Below, piece after piece: positions 12,129-25,750 of a stretch of DNA of 64,000 nucleotides. Within the stretch, counting starts at the first letter, position 1. The number at the start of each line of letters is the position of its first letter. Position numbers and translations under genes: made by a program. The DNA is from Lytechinus pictus (lineage: Eukaryota). The notes below the pieces were generated by a model. That model was not told where the DNA came from. It searched no databases and saw only the letters and a program-made list of their open reading frames with translations. The stretch lies in NCBI RefSeq assembly GCF_037042905.1, contig NC_087263.1:9178001-9242000 (forward strand), given 5' to 3'.

Positions 12129-12413
12129 GGAGTGTTGTGGCCCAGTGGATTAGTCTTCTGACTTTGAAACAGAGGGTCGTGGGTATGAATCCCAGCCATG
12201 GCGTAATTTCCTTCAGCATGAAATTTATCCACATTGTGCTGTACTCAACCCAGGTGAAGTGAATGGGTACCCGGTATGAAGAAATTCTTTGAATGCTTGA
12301 GCGCCTAGGCAGCCCAGCTAAAACCGGGGTAATAATAACAGCAGGGCCCGCTGGGAGAATAGTTTTTAGAACTGAAGTGGCTTCCCTGGATAAATATACC
12401 TATATTATTATTA
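12129..12413 (+). mobile_element. tRNA-derived SINE (Gln-like head)
   Basis: A/B boxes, tctgactttgaa loop, conserved core and (TTA)n tail. Confidence 0.85.
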
Positions 12414-12509
12414 TAAGCATGTGTATAACTATTTTTCTAATATTTGACACCTGTGTCCCGTAACACAGAGGTTTGTGATTAATCACTATAAACTGAAGGT
12501 GATTAATAG

Positions 12510-13344
12510 CCCCCCCTGCCATATGCCATTGCCATGGCAACAGTTTCCAGCACATGGAAAAAATATGCCTTGCCTTGTATTACCCCAAGACCAGTGTGAG
12601 CTAAATTATGAATATCATGAGAATAATTGGTTAAAAACAGATGAAGAAGTTCAAACTGCAAGATTTTCGCCTAACTTTTTGACATAAAAAATGGTGTTAC
12701 CACGGCAACATGATTTCCAACACATGGAAAAATATACCCTGCACATCTTTACATCAAGACCAATGTGTGAGCCAAAATTCATGAGAATTGGTTGACAACT
12801 AATGAAAAAGTACAAACCACAATATCTTTACCAAATTTGGGGCATATAAAATGTTGTTACCATGACAACTCGATTTCCGACACACAAAGCATGTGTCTCG
12901 GACACCTTTACCTCGAAAATAATCCGTGAGCAAAATTTCATGAGAATTGATTGAAAATTGGTGAAGTGATTAAAACCACAAGATTTTCACCCAATTTTCA
13001 CAATATAATATGTAATTACCATGGCAACATGATTTCTGACATACAAATTATATATATCTTGCACATCTTTACCTCAAGACCAATGTGTGTGCCAAATTTC
13101 ATGAGAATTGGTTAAAAACTGAGGAAGTAGTTGGAACTACAAGATTTTTACCTTATTTTTGCCATAATATACCGTTACCATGGCAACACAATTTCTGACA
13201 CGTACAAAAAATGTGTTTAGCACATCTTTACCCGAACACGAATATGTGTGCCAAGTTTCATGAGAATTGGTTAAAAACTGAGGAAGTAGTTCGATGCGCA
13301 AGATTTGCAAAGGACCAGCTGACTTCGTTTGGCGGGGATATAAT
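12510..13344. mobile_element. Helentron/HINE-like non-autonomous element with five ~160-bp units, inserted into a MITE spanning about 12454-13460
   Basis: Subterminal IR cccctgcca / tggcgggg, terminal hairpin around ttcg, tandem units at about 160-bp spacing, and aatagcc on both sides. Confidence 0.6.
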
Positions 13345-14053
13345 GAAATAGCCTATCAAGATCATTGTTGCAGGTGCGTTTTGCTCAGTAAACTGAATAG
13401 GAACCAACCAGAAGTGTTCTTTCAAATCAGTGATTCATCGCTAAGTTTTGCGTTACTGGTCTCTCAACTCGTTTGTGTAATTCAAGGGTATGTTTCATTG
13501 AAGGGTGGGTATACGGTAAACACTACCAAGGAGAGTGCTTCTTGGGCAGGAAACCACGCAAGTCACACGCACAACCATACAAATTCTCCACTATTATGTG
13601 GAAAATTGTTGCATAAACTGGATAATTGAATTAAAGGCAGCCTGCACAAATCAAACCAAAGAAAAGGGAGATATGTTGAATTCCTTGAAATCAAACCATT
13701 TTATTTTATTCAATTTTGTTCTCTTGGTGAAAAAATGGAGGCATAACACGATCATCTTTTGTAACATTAAACCTGTTAGTTTTCGTATTGTTGAAAGCGG
13801 TCGCGTTATCAAGAGTTTCCTATTTACTGCCGAAATTTAAGATCCAGGGCATTGAAATTCTGATGACAAGAAGAGATATGAAGGATGTCCCAATGAAAAC
13901 TTCATTTGGCTCTCTTCTCTTTTAATATATTTGGTTTAAAAGAAATGTTTTAAATCAACTTGCCAAATAGAGCCTGACCTAACAGTTTTCAGAATTGCTA
14001 CAGAGTCTAAGATAGCCAAAGTTCCCACAGCACTGCAAAATAACACCTCTAAA

Positions 14054-14465
14054 GGCGACTGCACACCTTACGACTGGTCTGCGACCCGATTTTGGAACAA
14101 ATCGCATTTTGCTCATTTTCTAAAGATGTGAATGGAACATATATTATTCTAGGTTAAAATTAATTGAAATAATAACATTATAACCATTTTGAAAGATTGC
14201 AAGCCCTTATTTTGGAGTAAAGACCAAATTAGTTTCAAATCGTAGCCAATCGTACGACTGCTATGACGTCATTACGACTAGATATCGAATTTGCTTTTAT
14301 TCTAAGAAGGATGATAGCATAGTCAAAAATTTGATCATAGGTATTCGTACGATGATTTAGAACATTACACAGTAAGATATTCCAAGTCTCAATATTAGCA
14401 TTCAAGTTCTACTACATTATATTCTGAAATCGGGTCGCAGACCAGTCGTAAGGTGTGCGGTCGCC
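14054..14465. mobile_element. MITE with TIRs of about 40 bp (Harbinger-like)
   Basis: ggcgactgcacaccttacgactggtctgcgacccgattt / aaatcgggtcgcagaccagtcgtaaggtgtgcggtcgcc. Confidence 0.85.
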
Positions 14466-14754
14466 ATAAAACACTACGATTTTGGGACAAAAAACTGAGA
14501 ATTGCTGTTAAAATGGTAGGTTCGGGAAATTCCTCCCCCCCCCCCATATTCATGTGGCCATGCATAATAATACTGCTTTTACATAAAGGTCAATCAATTA
14601 GAACAATGTCCTGAAGCATTTTACAGATATTCTGCGGTCATCGTATCCTAGCTTGCTGACACACAATGCACTATCTCCACTCCCTGTGGAGCATTCTAAA
14701 AATGAGTTTCTAAACTCAACTGCTAGCCATACGACTGTACCATAGGCATTCTGT

Positions 14755-15030
14755 GGTTGCGTCATAGTCTAGTGGTTCTGACTCTCGCCTTTCAAACAGA
14801 GGGTCGTGGGTTCGAATCCTAGCCATGGCGTGTTTTCCTTCAGCAAGAAAATTATTCACACTGTGCTGCACTCGACCCAGGTGAGGTAAATGGGGACCGG
14901 CAGGAAGTAATTCCTCAAAAAGCTGTGTGCACCAGAATTGGTAGACTAGCTTAGCTGAGGTAATATAGGAGCGCCTTGAGCACCTAGCAAGGTGGATACG
15001 TGTGCTATACAAATCCTATATTATTATTAT
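14755..15030 (+). mobile_element. tRNA-derived SINE (Glu-like head)
   Basis: tctagtgg A box, ggttcgaatcc B box, conserved core and (TTA)n tail. Confidence 0.85.
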
Positions 15031-15439
15031 CATTTTATTCTACCTGGTACCCATTTTCAACACTTGGGTGGAGAGAGGCAAAGTGTAGACTGTAGATTGA
15101 CGCCTTTGCTAAATGACGCTAGGCCACATACATATGTTCTATAGTACAAAAATTACACCTGCTCATAACCACATTTGAGGCCATTGTGATTTTTCCTTCA
15201 ATACTATATTAATTTGAGTGTTGCCATATGTGGTGCAAGGTTTTAGAAACACTGAGTAAAACTAATGGGATGTATTCACTTAAAATGTTTGTCCGCCCCG
15301 GCCAAGGTGACAGGAATGATTAACATGCAGAGGCGAAGGTAGAAAGCCGAGTCACAAGACCGAGGTATGCTTGACAGATCAATTAAAGATTTGCAAAAAC
15401 ATCCCAAGGTTTAGCGCGGAGTGTGAAGCTCTTTATGTT

Positions 15440-16143
15440 AAATTCCCACTTGGTCTACACCCACTTAGTCTATTTTCCATTTGGTCTAATACTAATTCCT
15501 ATACAACCCATCTGCCTCGCAACCATTTGGTCTTAATTGCCATTTAACCAATACACCATTTTGCCTAATTTCCAATTGGACTATACCTATTTTGTCTAAT
15601 ATCCACTTGGTCCAACACTACTCTGATTATATGAACTGATCATGAACCATAAAAGTAAAATACAATACATGGATGGAATGGAAATTAGGCCAACAGGCAT
15701 AAGACTAAATGGTAATTATAAAAAGTGGGTATTAGACCAAGTGTAGTGAAGACCAAACAACAGTTAGTACCAAACTGATAGCAGACCAAATGGGTTTAGA
15801 CCAAATGGGTCCAACCCATGTTGAAGTAGACTATCTGAGAAGGTAGACCAACTGCTTGTAGACTAAATGAATATACACCTGCAGATTGGCTAATAAAAGG
15901 GTATTGGACCAAGCGTAGCATTACACCAAACAGCAATTAGACCAAATGGGATTAGTCTAAGCTGTATTAGACTATCTGAGAAGGTAGACCAACTGCTTGT
16001 AGACTAAATGAATATACACCTGCAGATTGGCTAATAAAATGGTATTGGACCAAGTGTAGTGTTACACCAAACAGCAATTAGACCAAATGGGATTAGTCTT
16101 TAAGCTGTACTAGACTATCTGCGAAGGTAGACCAACTGCTTGT
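15440..16143. repeat. Foldback-like element (ttggtcta repeats followed by tagaccaa repeats) with a ~141-bp internal tandem duplication
   Basis: tagactatctg.gaaggtagaccaactgcttgt at 15827, 15968 and 16111; related to 38293-38712. Confidence 0.65.
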
Positions 16144-16749
16144 GTACCCAGTTAATAAAACCAGGACCTACTATTGGCTAGCTAGTCTTCCACACAGTCT
16201 ACAGCATACCTGGGCCCCATTGCATAACAGTTCCCATCATATCAACTTTGCTATCCAATGGTATCTATCATGAAATCCTTGATTCTGATTGGTTACTTAG
16301 AACTGTAACCATGGTACATGTAGTTACCATTGGATGGCAAAGTTACTATAAAAGTTCCTTTTATGCAACCGGGCCCTAGACTGGAAGATGACCCCTGTGA
16401 TTCACATGGTCGAAGTTGTGTAGGGAATGGTTGAAAACGACTCGGGATGAGAAAAAGATTTAGTTCATTCTCCTGGAAGGATGGATAAATCTTGATGTTA
16501 GGCAGATATGAAGGGAACTTCCGTTGAATGATATTATCCAGAGATTTGGAGCAAGAGTTCAAGTGCAAAACTAGGGTATGCATGTCTATGAATGTGTCAT
16601 TCAGAAGAGTTCATAATAAACATAAATCATTATGTACATGTACATGTAAAAAGGACTTAACAGTGATTTCACAAACCCTGTCGCACCTCATCTAATGCCC
16701 AATTAGTATCATCAAGGAGCAGTTTCACCAAAAAAATATGGTTCCCGTT

Positions 16750-16945
16750 CGCCTATAATTCAGGCGAAGGTTGCAGTTTTTGTCTGTGCCGTTACGAGTC
16801 TGATGCTATTACATGAAATGATTAGGCTGCTTTGCGACGAGGTACATAGCCATCCACATCAGAAGTATGCTGATGTTTTGCATAAATACATCAGACTCGT
16901 AAAGGCAAAGATAAAAGCTGCAGCCTCCGCCTAAATTATAGGCTA
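16750..16945. mobile_element. Small MITE
   Basis: gcctataattcaggcgaaggttgcag / ctgcagcctccgcctaaattataggc. Confidence 0.7.
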
Positions 16946-17159
16946 GGATCTTGTTGGCTATGAACCGATCTATTCTATATGTAGAACTTTCTAGATAGAT
17001 CTGAATTTTGAAGGGTATTTTCCCTTTCCCCACTAGCCCCCCCCCCCCCCCACCACCAATCTCTTTCCTCTGTGTGTGTCACTCACCCACATTTCTTTTT
17101 CCAAGTTCATACCAAACTCATAATACATTCTCCCCCCCCCCCCGTCCTTGCCCTTCCGT

Positions 17160-17450
17160 CTCTGTCTTTTTCCGCCACATATACACACACTTTCAAGCCC
17201 TTATTTTCTCCAGAAGATCCAACATGCTCCCATCCTCCCCCCTCCCTCCACCACACATACACATACACACTTTCATCCCCTTATTTTCTCCAGAAGAGCC
17301 AACATGTCCCTCCCTAACCCCATCTCCCTCCCTCTGCCACACATACACACACACTTTCATCCCCTAATTTTTTTCTCCAGAAGAGCCAACATGTCCCCCC
17401 CTAATCCCATCTCCCCTCCCTCTGCCACACATACACACACACACTTTCAC
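17160..17450. repeat. Pyrimidine-rich tandem repeat of about 85 bp, about 3.5 copies
   Basis: ccacacatacacacacactttca..ttttctccagaagagccaacatg repeated. Confidence 0.85.
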
Positions 17451-17965
17451 ATAGTGCTTTCATAATACACCACCCCACCCCACCCTCAGCCTTAACATGA
17501 AACCGGAACCTGGGACCTCCCTCTCTCTCTCTCTACCTCACAAACACACCCACCCACCCACACAACCAAACACTTACTATCATGGACATACCCTCTTCAA
17601 TCTTCATGGTTTATCCCCTTATCCCCTCTCCCCCTCCTCTCCCCCTCCTCTCTCCCTCATCCTTAGTATGCAATTAGAAGACCCTACAAGTTCAAGGTCT
17701 GTCATTGTCATACCCTGATGACTAATGAGCACACACAACATGACGAGCCCAGCGGCACCGGCGGCAATACCCTGGATGTGAACGAGGTCCCCGGCATCAG
17801 CTTGTCATGCAGACAGGTGCACTAACCACATGCCCTAGGCGTTTCAGAGTTCCAGGGGCAGGCGCGTTCACATTGCATGTAAATACCAGGTACATCCATT
17901 GACGAGGTGGAGTAAGACTTGATGTTCTGTGTACATGTAAACACAGGCCTTTAATCGACACTTAA

Positions 17966-18456
17966 ATGGGAAGTTCACCCTGACAAAAAGTTTAATGTAA
18001 AAAAGCAGAAAAATAACAAAAAATATTGGTGAAAGTTTGAAGAAAATCTGTCAAAGATTTAAAAATTTAAGTTATCAGAATTTCAATTTTGTTATTTGTG
18101 ACATCACATGCGAGCAGAGTCACATGTATCATGAATTTAAAAAAATGATGAAATGTTGTTTTCTAAAAAAAATTGCAAATGGGTTTTGTTGTATCTGTAG
18201 TATATCAAAAGACAAATTATTTCACATCCGCTACTGAAAGAATGAAAATCTTTGATTACGAACCATTACAATATTGAAATTTTATGTATTTTATATAACG
18301 TAACATATTATATGTAGGCCTACGACGTCACCAAAAAAAATCGAATAACTTTCTTAATCTTGAATGGATTTTCCTCCGAACTTCACCAATATTTTCAATT
18401 ACATGTATTTTTCTGCTATTTTCACTAGAAATCTTTCGTCAGGGTGAACTTCCCCT
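17966..18456. mobile_element. Kolobok-like MITE (TTAA TSD)
   Basis: TTAA|atgggaagttcaccctgac ... gtcagggtgaacttcccct|TTAA. Confidence 0.85.
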
Positions 18457-19070
18457 TTAAAGTTGCAGGGATGGGTATATTCACATGACAGTATAATTCA
18501 CTGAATTGGGTAGTGACACATATCCCTTTCCAAGGGAGGATATGTTCACATGGGAATAAAATCAGAAGATAGGAAGGAGACAAGTTTCAGGCATGAAATA
18601 CAATAAAAATGTCATAAAATATTTTCATGAACTTAACAATGAATGTTCTTCGACTCAAATGTCAGACAACCAAAAAAATCCAAAAATGAATTAATAGATA
18701 GGCCTACATTAACATACAAATAAACACAAATCATTAAAAAGATAGAAATATGGAATTTATGATTAAGACAAGAAAGAAATGAATGCATTCATGGATACAG
18801 CAAGAAAAAAGCAGAAAGAAATAGAGAAGAAAGAAAGAAAGAAAGGAAGAAAGAAATCTAAAAAAGAAAGAAAGAAAGATAGAAGAGGAGAGAGAATGAA
18901 TGAATAAATGAATGAAAGACTGAAGATGACAAGAAAAAAAATTGAATGAAGGAATGAAAGAGAGGCAGAAACAATTTTGGTTCAGTTGGGATACTAACTC
19001 TTATCACATTCTCAACTATAGAGGGCTCTAACACTTCAAACAAGTTTTGATATGATCAAGTAATTTCTAT

Positions 19071-19359
19071 GGCATGTATTCTGAACTAAATTTATACTCT
19101 TGGTCGTGGCTAGCCAATTCGTGGTACAAATCTCTATTAATAAATGTTCAATTATTAAATCATTTGACATTCAAATCATTCATAACTGTCTGGGAATGTT
19201 AGCTAAAGTATTTTTCTTCATCATGAAAGCAAGGGGAGGAAAAATAGTGAATATGAGAAATATATGATACTAACAAATTTAGGATTTTCGGGGCTTCCCA
19301 TAATTTTAGAACAGAGTTAGACAATGGCGTAAGTTAAACCAGTCATCAGAATACGGGCC
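19071..19359. mobile_element. MITE; related copy in the opposite orientation at 32803-33110
   Basis: ggc..gtattctga / tcagaatacgggcc termini and shared internal sequence. Confidence 0.7.
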
Positions 19360-19679
19360 TATGGGTTTTTACATTGAGATATTTGCATGAATATCGCAAA
19401 GCAACAATGCACTATTTAATTGTTATATTTTCTCTTGAAATCAATGAATGAAAATGGGGTTTATTTATTTGTATGCACAATTAATCTTTACATTCTCAAG
19501 GAAATAGTTATCTTCAAATATTCAAATGTCGTGGGAGTAGGAAAAGAAAAGTGGTTTGAGATGAATGGACGATAAGAATATTCAGATTGCCTCACAGAGT
19601 GTACCTGACTACCTGCTAAATTACGAGATTTTGTTCAGGCTCGAAAATAATCGGTAAGCATTTTCTGGATTCTAACTAA

Positions 19680-19950
19680 CCCGCAGAGGGCCCTTTCGGG
19701 GTAAATACTCAACGTTATAAGCTATGCTAAGCTAAGAAATTTCACGCAGTTTTCTTTCACACTGCCCAAATACCTGTGACCTTGGAAAAATCCCTGCGAA
19801 AGTAATTTTGACAAGTACCTACATGTACTATCTAGTTGGTATTTTCTTTCAGGGATACTACGCATAATTTGCTTTCACACTGCCAAAATTACTGGGCAAA
19901 TTTCCCGATCAGAAAATACCAGGAACTGACAAACTCTGAGGCGGTCTGAG
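19680..19950 (+). mobile_element. Partial, diverged copy of the 23063-23503 MITE family
   Basis: ccttggaaaaatccctgcgaaagt..tttcccgatcagaaaatacc.ggaactgac. Confidence 0.75.
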
Positions 19951-20379
19951 CTGAAAAAAACCTCAATAGAGAAATGGTGAACCTCAATTAAGAGCATGGG
20001 AAATGGAAGGAGAGGAAAGACCAAAGATTACATGGAAAGATGTGATGAAGAAGGAAAGCACTGACATTGGTCTGGACAAGGAGGATACTCAAGACTGGAA
20101 GAAACGAAAGAAGGGATTGTCATCATTGGACATTTTTCAGTAACCCTTCTAAGGAGGGATATTGCTGACTGAAATGAATGAATGATGACAATGATTATGG
20201 TGAAAATTAAATTAAAAGAAAATGTGGGTAAACCAAAAAACTCGCGAATATAAAAAAATTTAAACAGAAAATAGAAATACAGAAATGAATCTATATAGAG
20301 ATAAAAAGAATGAATAAACAAATAGATGGAACATGAATAGTATTTCAGGAGAGTTTTAAAACTGTGAAAAATATAAGTG

Positions 20380-20445
20380 ACTTACCTGTACAACGACGGA
20401 GTAATTCAAAGTTTGCATGTAAGGAGAAAAAAAAGAGACAAATGT
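20380..20445 (-). promoter_or_regulatory. Candidate recursive splice site (polypyrimidine tract ... CAG|GTAAGT)
   Basis: Minus strand reads tgtctcttttttttctccttacatgcaaactttgaattactccgtcgttgtacag|gtaagt, with no intervening AG. Confidence 0.55.
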
Positions 20446-20728
20446 GATAAGTAAGGTTGTCAACATAATTCAATATTATGGAGCCCCTAAAGGTGAAACG
20501 ACATGTTTTTTTTTCCTAACTTATTCCCACAAGCAATTAACTCGTTCCATTGACTTACATAACTCTTGTTCCCTCAACTTACTGCTTATTCCCTCTACTA
20601 ACTCGTTCCCATGACTTATAAGTTGAGAGAACAAGTAAGGAAAAAAACAGGTAATGTCACCTTTGGGCTCTGGACAATATGCCCTAATCTCATGATGATA
20701 AAAACACAAATAAGTATTGGTGAGGCCC

Positions 20729-21123
20729 GATGGTGATGATGATAATGATGATGATGAAGATGATTGTGATGATGATGAAGATGATTATGATGATGAAGAT
20801 GATGATGATGATGAAAATAATGATGAAGATGATGATGATGATGATGATGAAAATAATGATGATGAAGATGATGATGATGATGATGATAATGATGATGGCG
20901 ATGATGAAGATGATAATTATGACTATGATGATGATATTGATGATGATGACGATGATGATGATGATGATGAAGAAGATGATGATGAAGATGATGATGATAG
21001 AGATGATGATGATAATGATGATGATGATGATGGTGATGATGTTGATGATGATGAAGGTGATTATGGTGATGATGGTGGTGATAATGATGATGATGATGAC
21101 GACTATGTTGATGATGGTGATGT
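20729..21123. repeat. Imperfect (GAT)n microsatellite
   Basis: Direct inspection. Confidence 0.95.
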
Positions 21124-21504
21124 TTAATTTCTATGAAATGCAGATTAGAAAGAGAGTGTGTATGAGAGATAGAGACAGAGACAGAAAAAGAAAGAAAAAA
21201 GATCTAGATGGAAAAGAAAAGAAGAAAAAAGGAAGAAACAACAAAAAGAAAGGAAATGTGAAAGCGGCTGCATACAAGCTCAAGACTGCCACCGAGCCTC
21301 TCTCTCTCTTCAAAGCTTTGGAATTTAAATCAAACATGAAAGCTCCCTCAAACCATCCTAAAAATAAATTGTCTCCATGTCTGGGACACAACGTCATCAA
21401 CTCACAGCAGAACGCAGAACAGATGCAAAAGACCAAATCTAGATTTACATGTTGTACATGTGTAACTGTTCAAACATAATATGTGTATAGGTGACACTAT
21501 TTTC

Positions 21505-21725
21505 CCACAGGGTCAAATTTGACTCTGAATGGTGTCAACCGGGAGTCGACTCTCTTCCGAGTTAAATGACTCAGACTCTGAACTAGTCTTTATGAAGGAT
21601 GGATTGTGGTATCAGTTGAGAATTACTCAGTTCAGAGTCACAGTAACTCGGAAAACTAGTCAATTTGACTCAAAACAGAGTTGACTCCAAGCTGACACCA
21701 ATCCTGAGTCAAATTAACACCACAG
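21505..21725. repeat. Imperfect palindromic MITE-like element
   Basis: tttgactc..ggtgtca.c.gggagtc.actct mirrored by agagttgactccaagctgacacca..gagtcaaa. Confidence 0.55.
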
Positions 21726-22645
21726 AATTAAGGTGTATATTGTTGACATGGTGTACTATATATCATAAATTCAATATTTTTGCAGTGGATTTATAATTAA
21801 TTTTTTTTATAAATGCACTATTCAAAGGTTTGCATTTGTAAATAGCTATAGCTACAACGAAAAGCAAAACTATAAAATGAATAAATTCTCTTTTTTAAAA
21901 TTAGGCCTACAGTGTAGTATGGTTGTAACAATGTTGACTTTTAGAATTTTTGAAATATATGTAATATGTAAGAGTATGACTGAAAATATATTTGGTTTCA
22001 GATATGAAGGGACTGGATGAATATTATCAAACATGATATGTAGCTTTAGAAGAGAAAGATTTGAAAATATACCAACAAATATTTTCTAGTCTATATTTGG
22101 ATTCAAAGTCAAAGAGTTCTTGAAATATGAATGTAGAATTCATGTTTACTTATGTGCACAAGACGAAAACTAACTCCCCAAACGAACGGATTTAGAAAAA
22201 AAAATAAAAGAAAATGTGGAGCAAGTACGACTACTTTTTCTACCCCCATCTTGATAGAGTTTCATAACAAAATCCTGTGGGATATCATCTCTTCCCAGAA
22301 TCATGCGGCTAATGAAATAAATACTGCCCTCTACAGAGAAGAAGCATCATTTACTCAATGTCCCAGGGCAATATTTGAGATGTCGCACAAAATGGATGCA
22401 TGAACTCTTTAATGAGAACTTGAGACTTGTTGCAGAGAGCAATAATTCTCCAGAGAAAGTTTTGGAAATCGAATTAAAAATAATATATGTATCATATTGT
22501 CTATAAAACACATAATAATCTGTTTGTTTGCTTCAAATATTTGATATTTCATATACATTTATATGTAATGATTTTGCATTAATGTTTTTCTGTTGAAAAT
22601 AAGCATGAATTTTATTTTCAACAAATACACCCTATTTCAATTTAA

Positions 22646-23040
22646 AGGTAAATTCCAGTTCTGGTAACGATCTCAAAATGACTTTTTACAGAATCTAATA
22701 TAATGACCACCCAAGTGTCTGTTTGTATGAATTAAAAATAAGTGCCAAAGGATTCTGGAAGAAATTGTGTAATTGCTGAGAAATAAGCAAAATAAGCGCG
22801 GATTCGGTCACTTCCGTCGGGTCTTTATTCCAGCAATAATAATACACTGTCCCACGTGTGCCTATCTGTGTTGCCGATCTTCAGTGTGATCGTATTTCAG
22901 CTTAGATTTTATGATTTCACAAAGTTCAGTTTATGTAACTGTACCAGATCTAGATCCACGATGATATAGTCATACTTAACCTTGGTTTTACAGACTTTCT
23001 CACGAAATTAGTGTTTTACTGCAACTACTATCATTTAGCT
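22646..23040 (+). mobile_element. Kolobok-like MITE, family B (TTAA TSD)
   Basis: TTAA|aggtaaat ... atttagct|TTAA. Further copies at 34455, 52288, 53053, 53488, 59565 and 61019. Confidence 0.85.
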
Positions 23041-23062
23041 TTAATACCACAATATTACAGTA

Positions 23063-23503
23063 GGCGGTTTCAAACCACCTCGATCACAAGAATCCCCGTT
23101 AAATTACAAGAACATTTTTAGGCTAAAAAATACCCATTAATTATTACATACCCTTCGGGATAAATTCCTGAAGTTAGGAGCATGCGCAGTATGGTCTAAT
23201 AAGCAGGCAAGGCGCAAGATTCAAAACCACTAGCCCAGCAGCCACCCACGGCGCCCGCGACCAACGACACGCTGGGCTAAAAGTTCCCGTAAATTGCTTT
23301 CACATTGCCAAAATACCTGCGACCTTGGAAAAATCCCCGTGAAAGTTCTCGTAATTTCGCCAAGTACCTACTATTTAGCGGGTATTTTCTTATGCGTAGT
23401 TTGCTTTCACATGACCAAAATACCTGGTATTTTCTGATCGGGGTAAATTTCCCGATCAGAGAATACCTGGAACTGACGAACTTCAAGGCGGTCTGAAACC
23501 ACC
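23063..23503 (+). mobile_element. MITE family E (TA|GG...CC|TA)
   Basis: ggcggtttcaaaccacct / aggcggtctgaaaccacc. Further copies at 19680, 59726 and 62435. Confidence 0.85.
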
Positions 23504-25223
23504 TAATGATATTACCAAAGTATATAGGTAAGCACTTTGTATTTGCAAATTGGTTCAACAAAGAGCAAATTATTAGGAACTAGTATTAAAGAGTTATGCA
23601 AATATTTCAATTGTAACCTTTTTTCAGATCTAAGATCTGATCTTTCACAAGTGTTACAATTATAGCACATAACTTTCCATTTCATAGATCTTTTAAAAAA
23701 AATCAAATCACTGAAAATTGTTCAATAGATATCAACAATTGCATACTGGTATTAATACTGAAAGATAACCATATACTGTATCACTTTCCTTTAAGTATAA
23801 AGGCCTCCATGTAATGAAACAAACATCTGCTGTTTCCACTTTCCAAGCAGTAACTTTCAGGTATGAAAGGTGGACGGTTTCCACGGCAATAGCAGACAGC
23901 TAGAAGGGATTGCCGATTCACGACAATCCACTCCAATCGATGAAGATAAATTGTGATTTAGAGGCAAACATTTTGTCATTTATTATGATTAAAGGGAGCT
24001 GAAGGGAGAAAGAGATATGGGAACAATCAAAATTATGCTCGTGGAGGAGTACAGTGCAATGTATGATATTTTTACAGGTACACAAATGAGTATGGTATCT
24101 TTGAAATTGTTTATAAATGAAGGAAGGGACGTACTCATAAGATATTTGAAAGCAGAGCATCAAACATACAGTAATCGGTAAAAATTTTGTTTAATTTTTA
24201 TTCATACAATGTTGTTTACTGTATGAGCCTTAGTTGTTTAAACAGTTTACTAAATTGTTTAAAGTCTAAGCAAAGTTTGATTTTGATATACAATTCTCAA
24301 CAAATTTACATGGTTGTTTAAATATTAAACAACTACCGAAGGGTTTGTATGTCAAACAGAGCTGTATAAAATTTTAAACGTTTTACTGTGTATATGTACA
24401 TGAAGGCCCAAATTAAAAGGTCATTTTGAACTGATAGTAAAAGTAAGAAACCATGCTGATTTCATGTATCAAGTATACTCAATTTCAGTGAACATATTGA
24501 GGAGAAGTTTAATAATGAACGCATACTTATGCAAAAACACGCTAAATTCATGCTTTTGTTTATAATAATAGGTAACAGTATTATTTGACTCACTGGTTTT
24601 TTTAATGAGTCCCCTGTTTATTTACATAGTTGGCTCATTAATGCACCTTAGTAATTGGGTGTGAACTTAATTAGTGGTTGATGAGCGTCCATTTACTGCA
24701 CATTTCCTCAATATACATACGGAAAAAGCATATACTTTAATATTTTGAACAAATACAAATTTTGATAAAAGATTTTGACTTTAATCCCAAGTTGAAAAGA
24801 ATATGAATACAACATTTTCATTTTCCCACAGCATTCTATTGTGTTTGATATATTGATCGAACAAGCCCACACAACTGAAGTAGAATAATGATTTTCTCCT
24901 ATTTATATACATATTGAGGGAGAAAAGGGTACTTTTTGATTGATTTATCTTTTCTCATTGCCTTGATACCCATACAACAATTATAATCAATTCTTAATTA
25001 TACAACTGAAATTGATTTAAATCCTGAAATTCCAATATCGCCTTTTGACTTTGATAAAGCCAATTACCAGCACATGGGTGTGAATACAAATTAAATTTCT
25101 TGATTGTATGTTAATTTGCCATGTTGTAATTTCGGTGCGAGAGTCTTTCAAAAAGATGAGAGATGACTAGATATTATTCCTAAGCGGTGAAGAGGTAAAA
25201 TACATGTAACAGATTATTGTACT

Positions 25224-25255
25224 TCTTACCTGTCAAATAATAATGATAATTATTA
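25224..25255 (-). promoter_or_regulatory. Weaker candidate recursive splice site (TTTGACAG|GTAAGA)
   Basis: AG|GT juxtaposition preceded by a long AG-free (ATC)n tract. Confidence 0.35.
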
Positions 25256-25750
25256 TGATAAAGATAACGATAATGATATCAATTAATTAATAGCGATGTA
25301 GATGATGATGGGGATAATGATTATGATGATGACGATGGAGATGATGATGACGAAGATGATGATGATGACAATGGTGATGATGATAATGGTGGTGAAGATG
25401 ATGAAGATGATCATGATGATGATGATGGTAATGATGATGGGGATGATGATGATAATGGTGATGACGATGATGGAGATGATGACAGTGATGGTCATGGTGG
25501 TGATGATGATGATGATGATAATAATAATGGTGATGATGATGGGGATAATGATGATGATGAGAATGATGGTGATAATGATGATGATGACAGTGATGATGGT
25601 GATGATGATGAAAATATTAATGTTGATGATGATGGGGATAATGATGATGATGGTGATGATGGGGATGATGATGATGATGATGAAGATTAAAATGATGATG
25701 ACAGTGATGATGGTGATGATGATGGTAATGAGGAGGAGGATGATAATGAT
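25240..25750. repeat. Imperfect (GAT)n microsatellite
   Basis: Direct inspection. Confidence 0.95.

Noticed and set aside
16293..16583. 96-aa minus-strand ORF
   Set aside because: Runs into a MITE, has no convincing splice sites and no recognisable motif.
17008..17718. Pro/His-rich ORFs
   Set aside because: Derived from a pyrimidine-rich tandem repeat.
20717..21479. Poly-Asp and poly-Met ORFs (136 and 249 aa)
   Set aside because: Translations of a (GAT)n microsatellite, with no splice or coding context.
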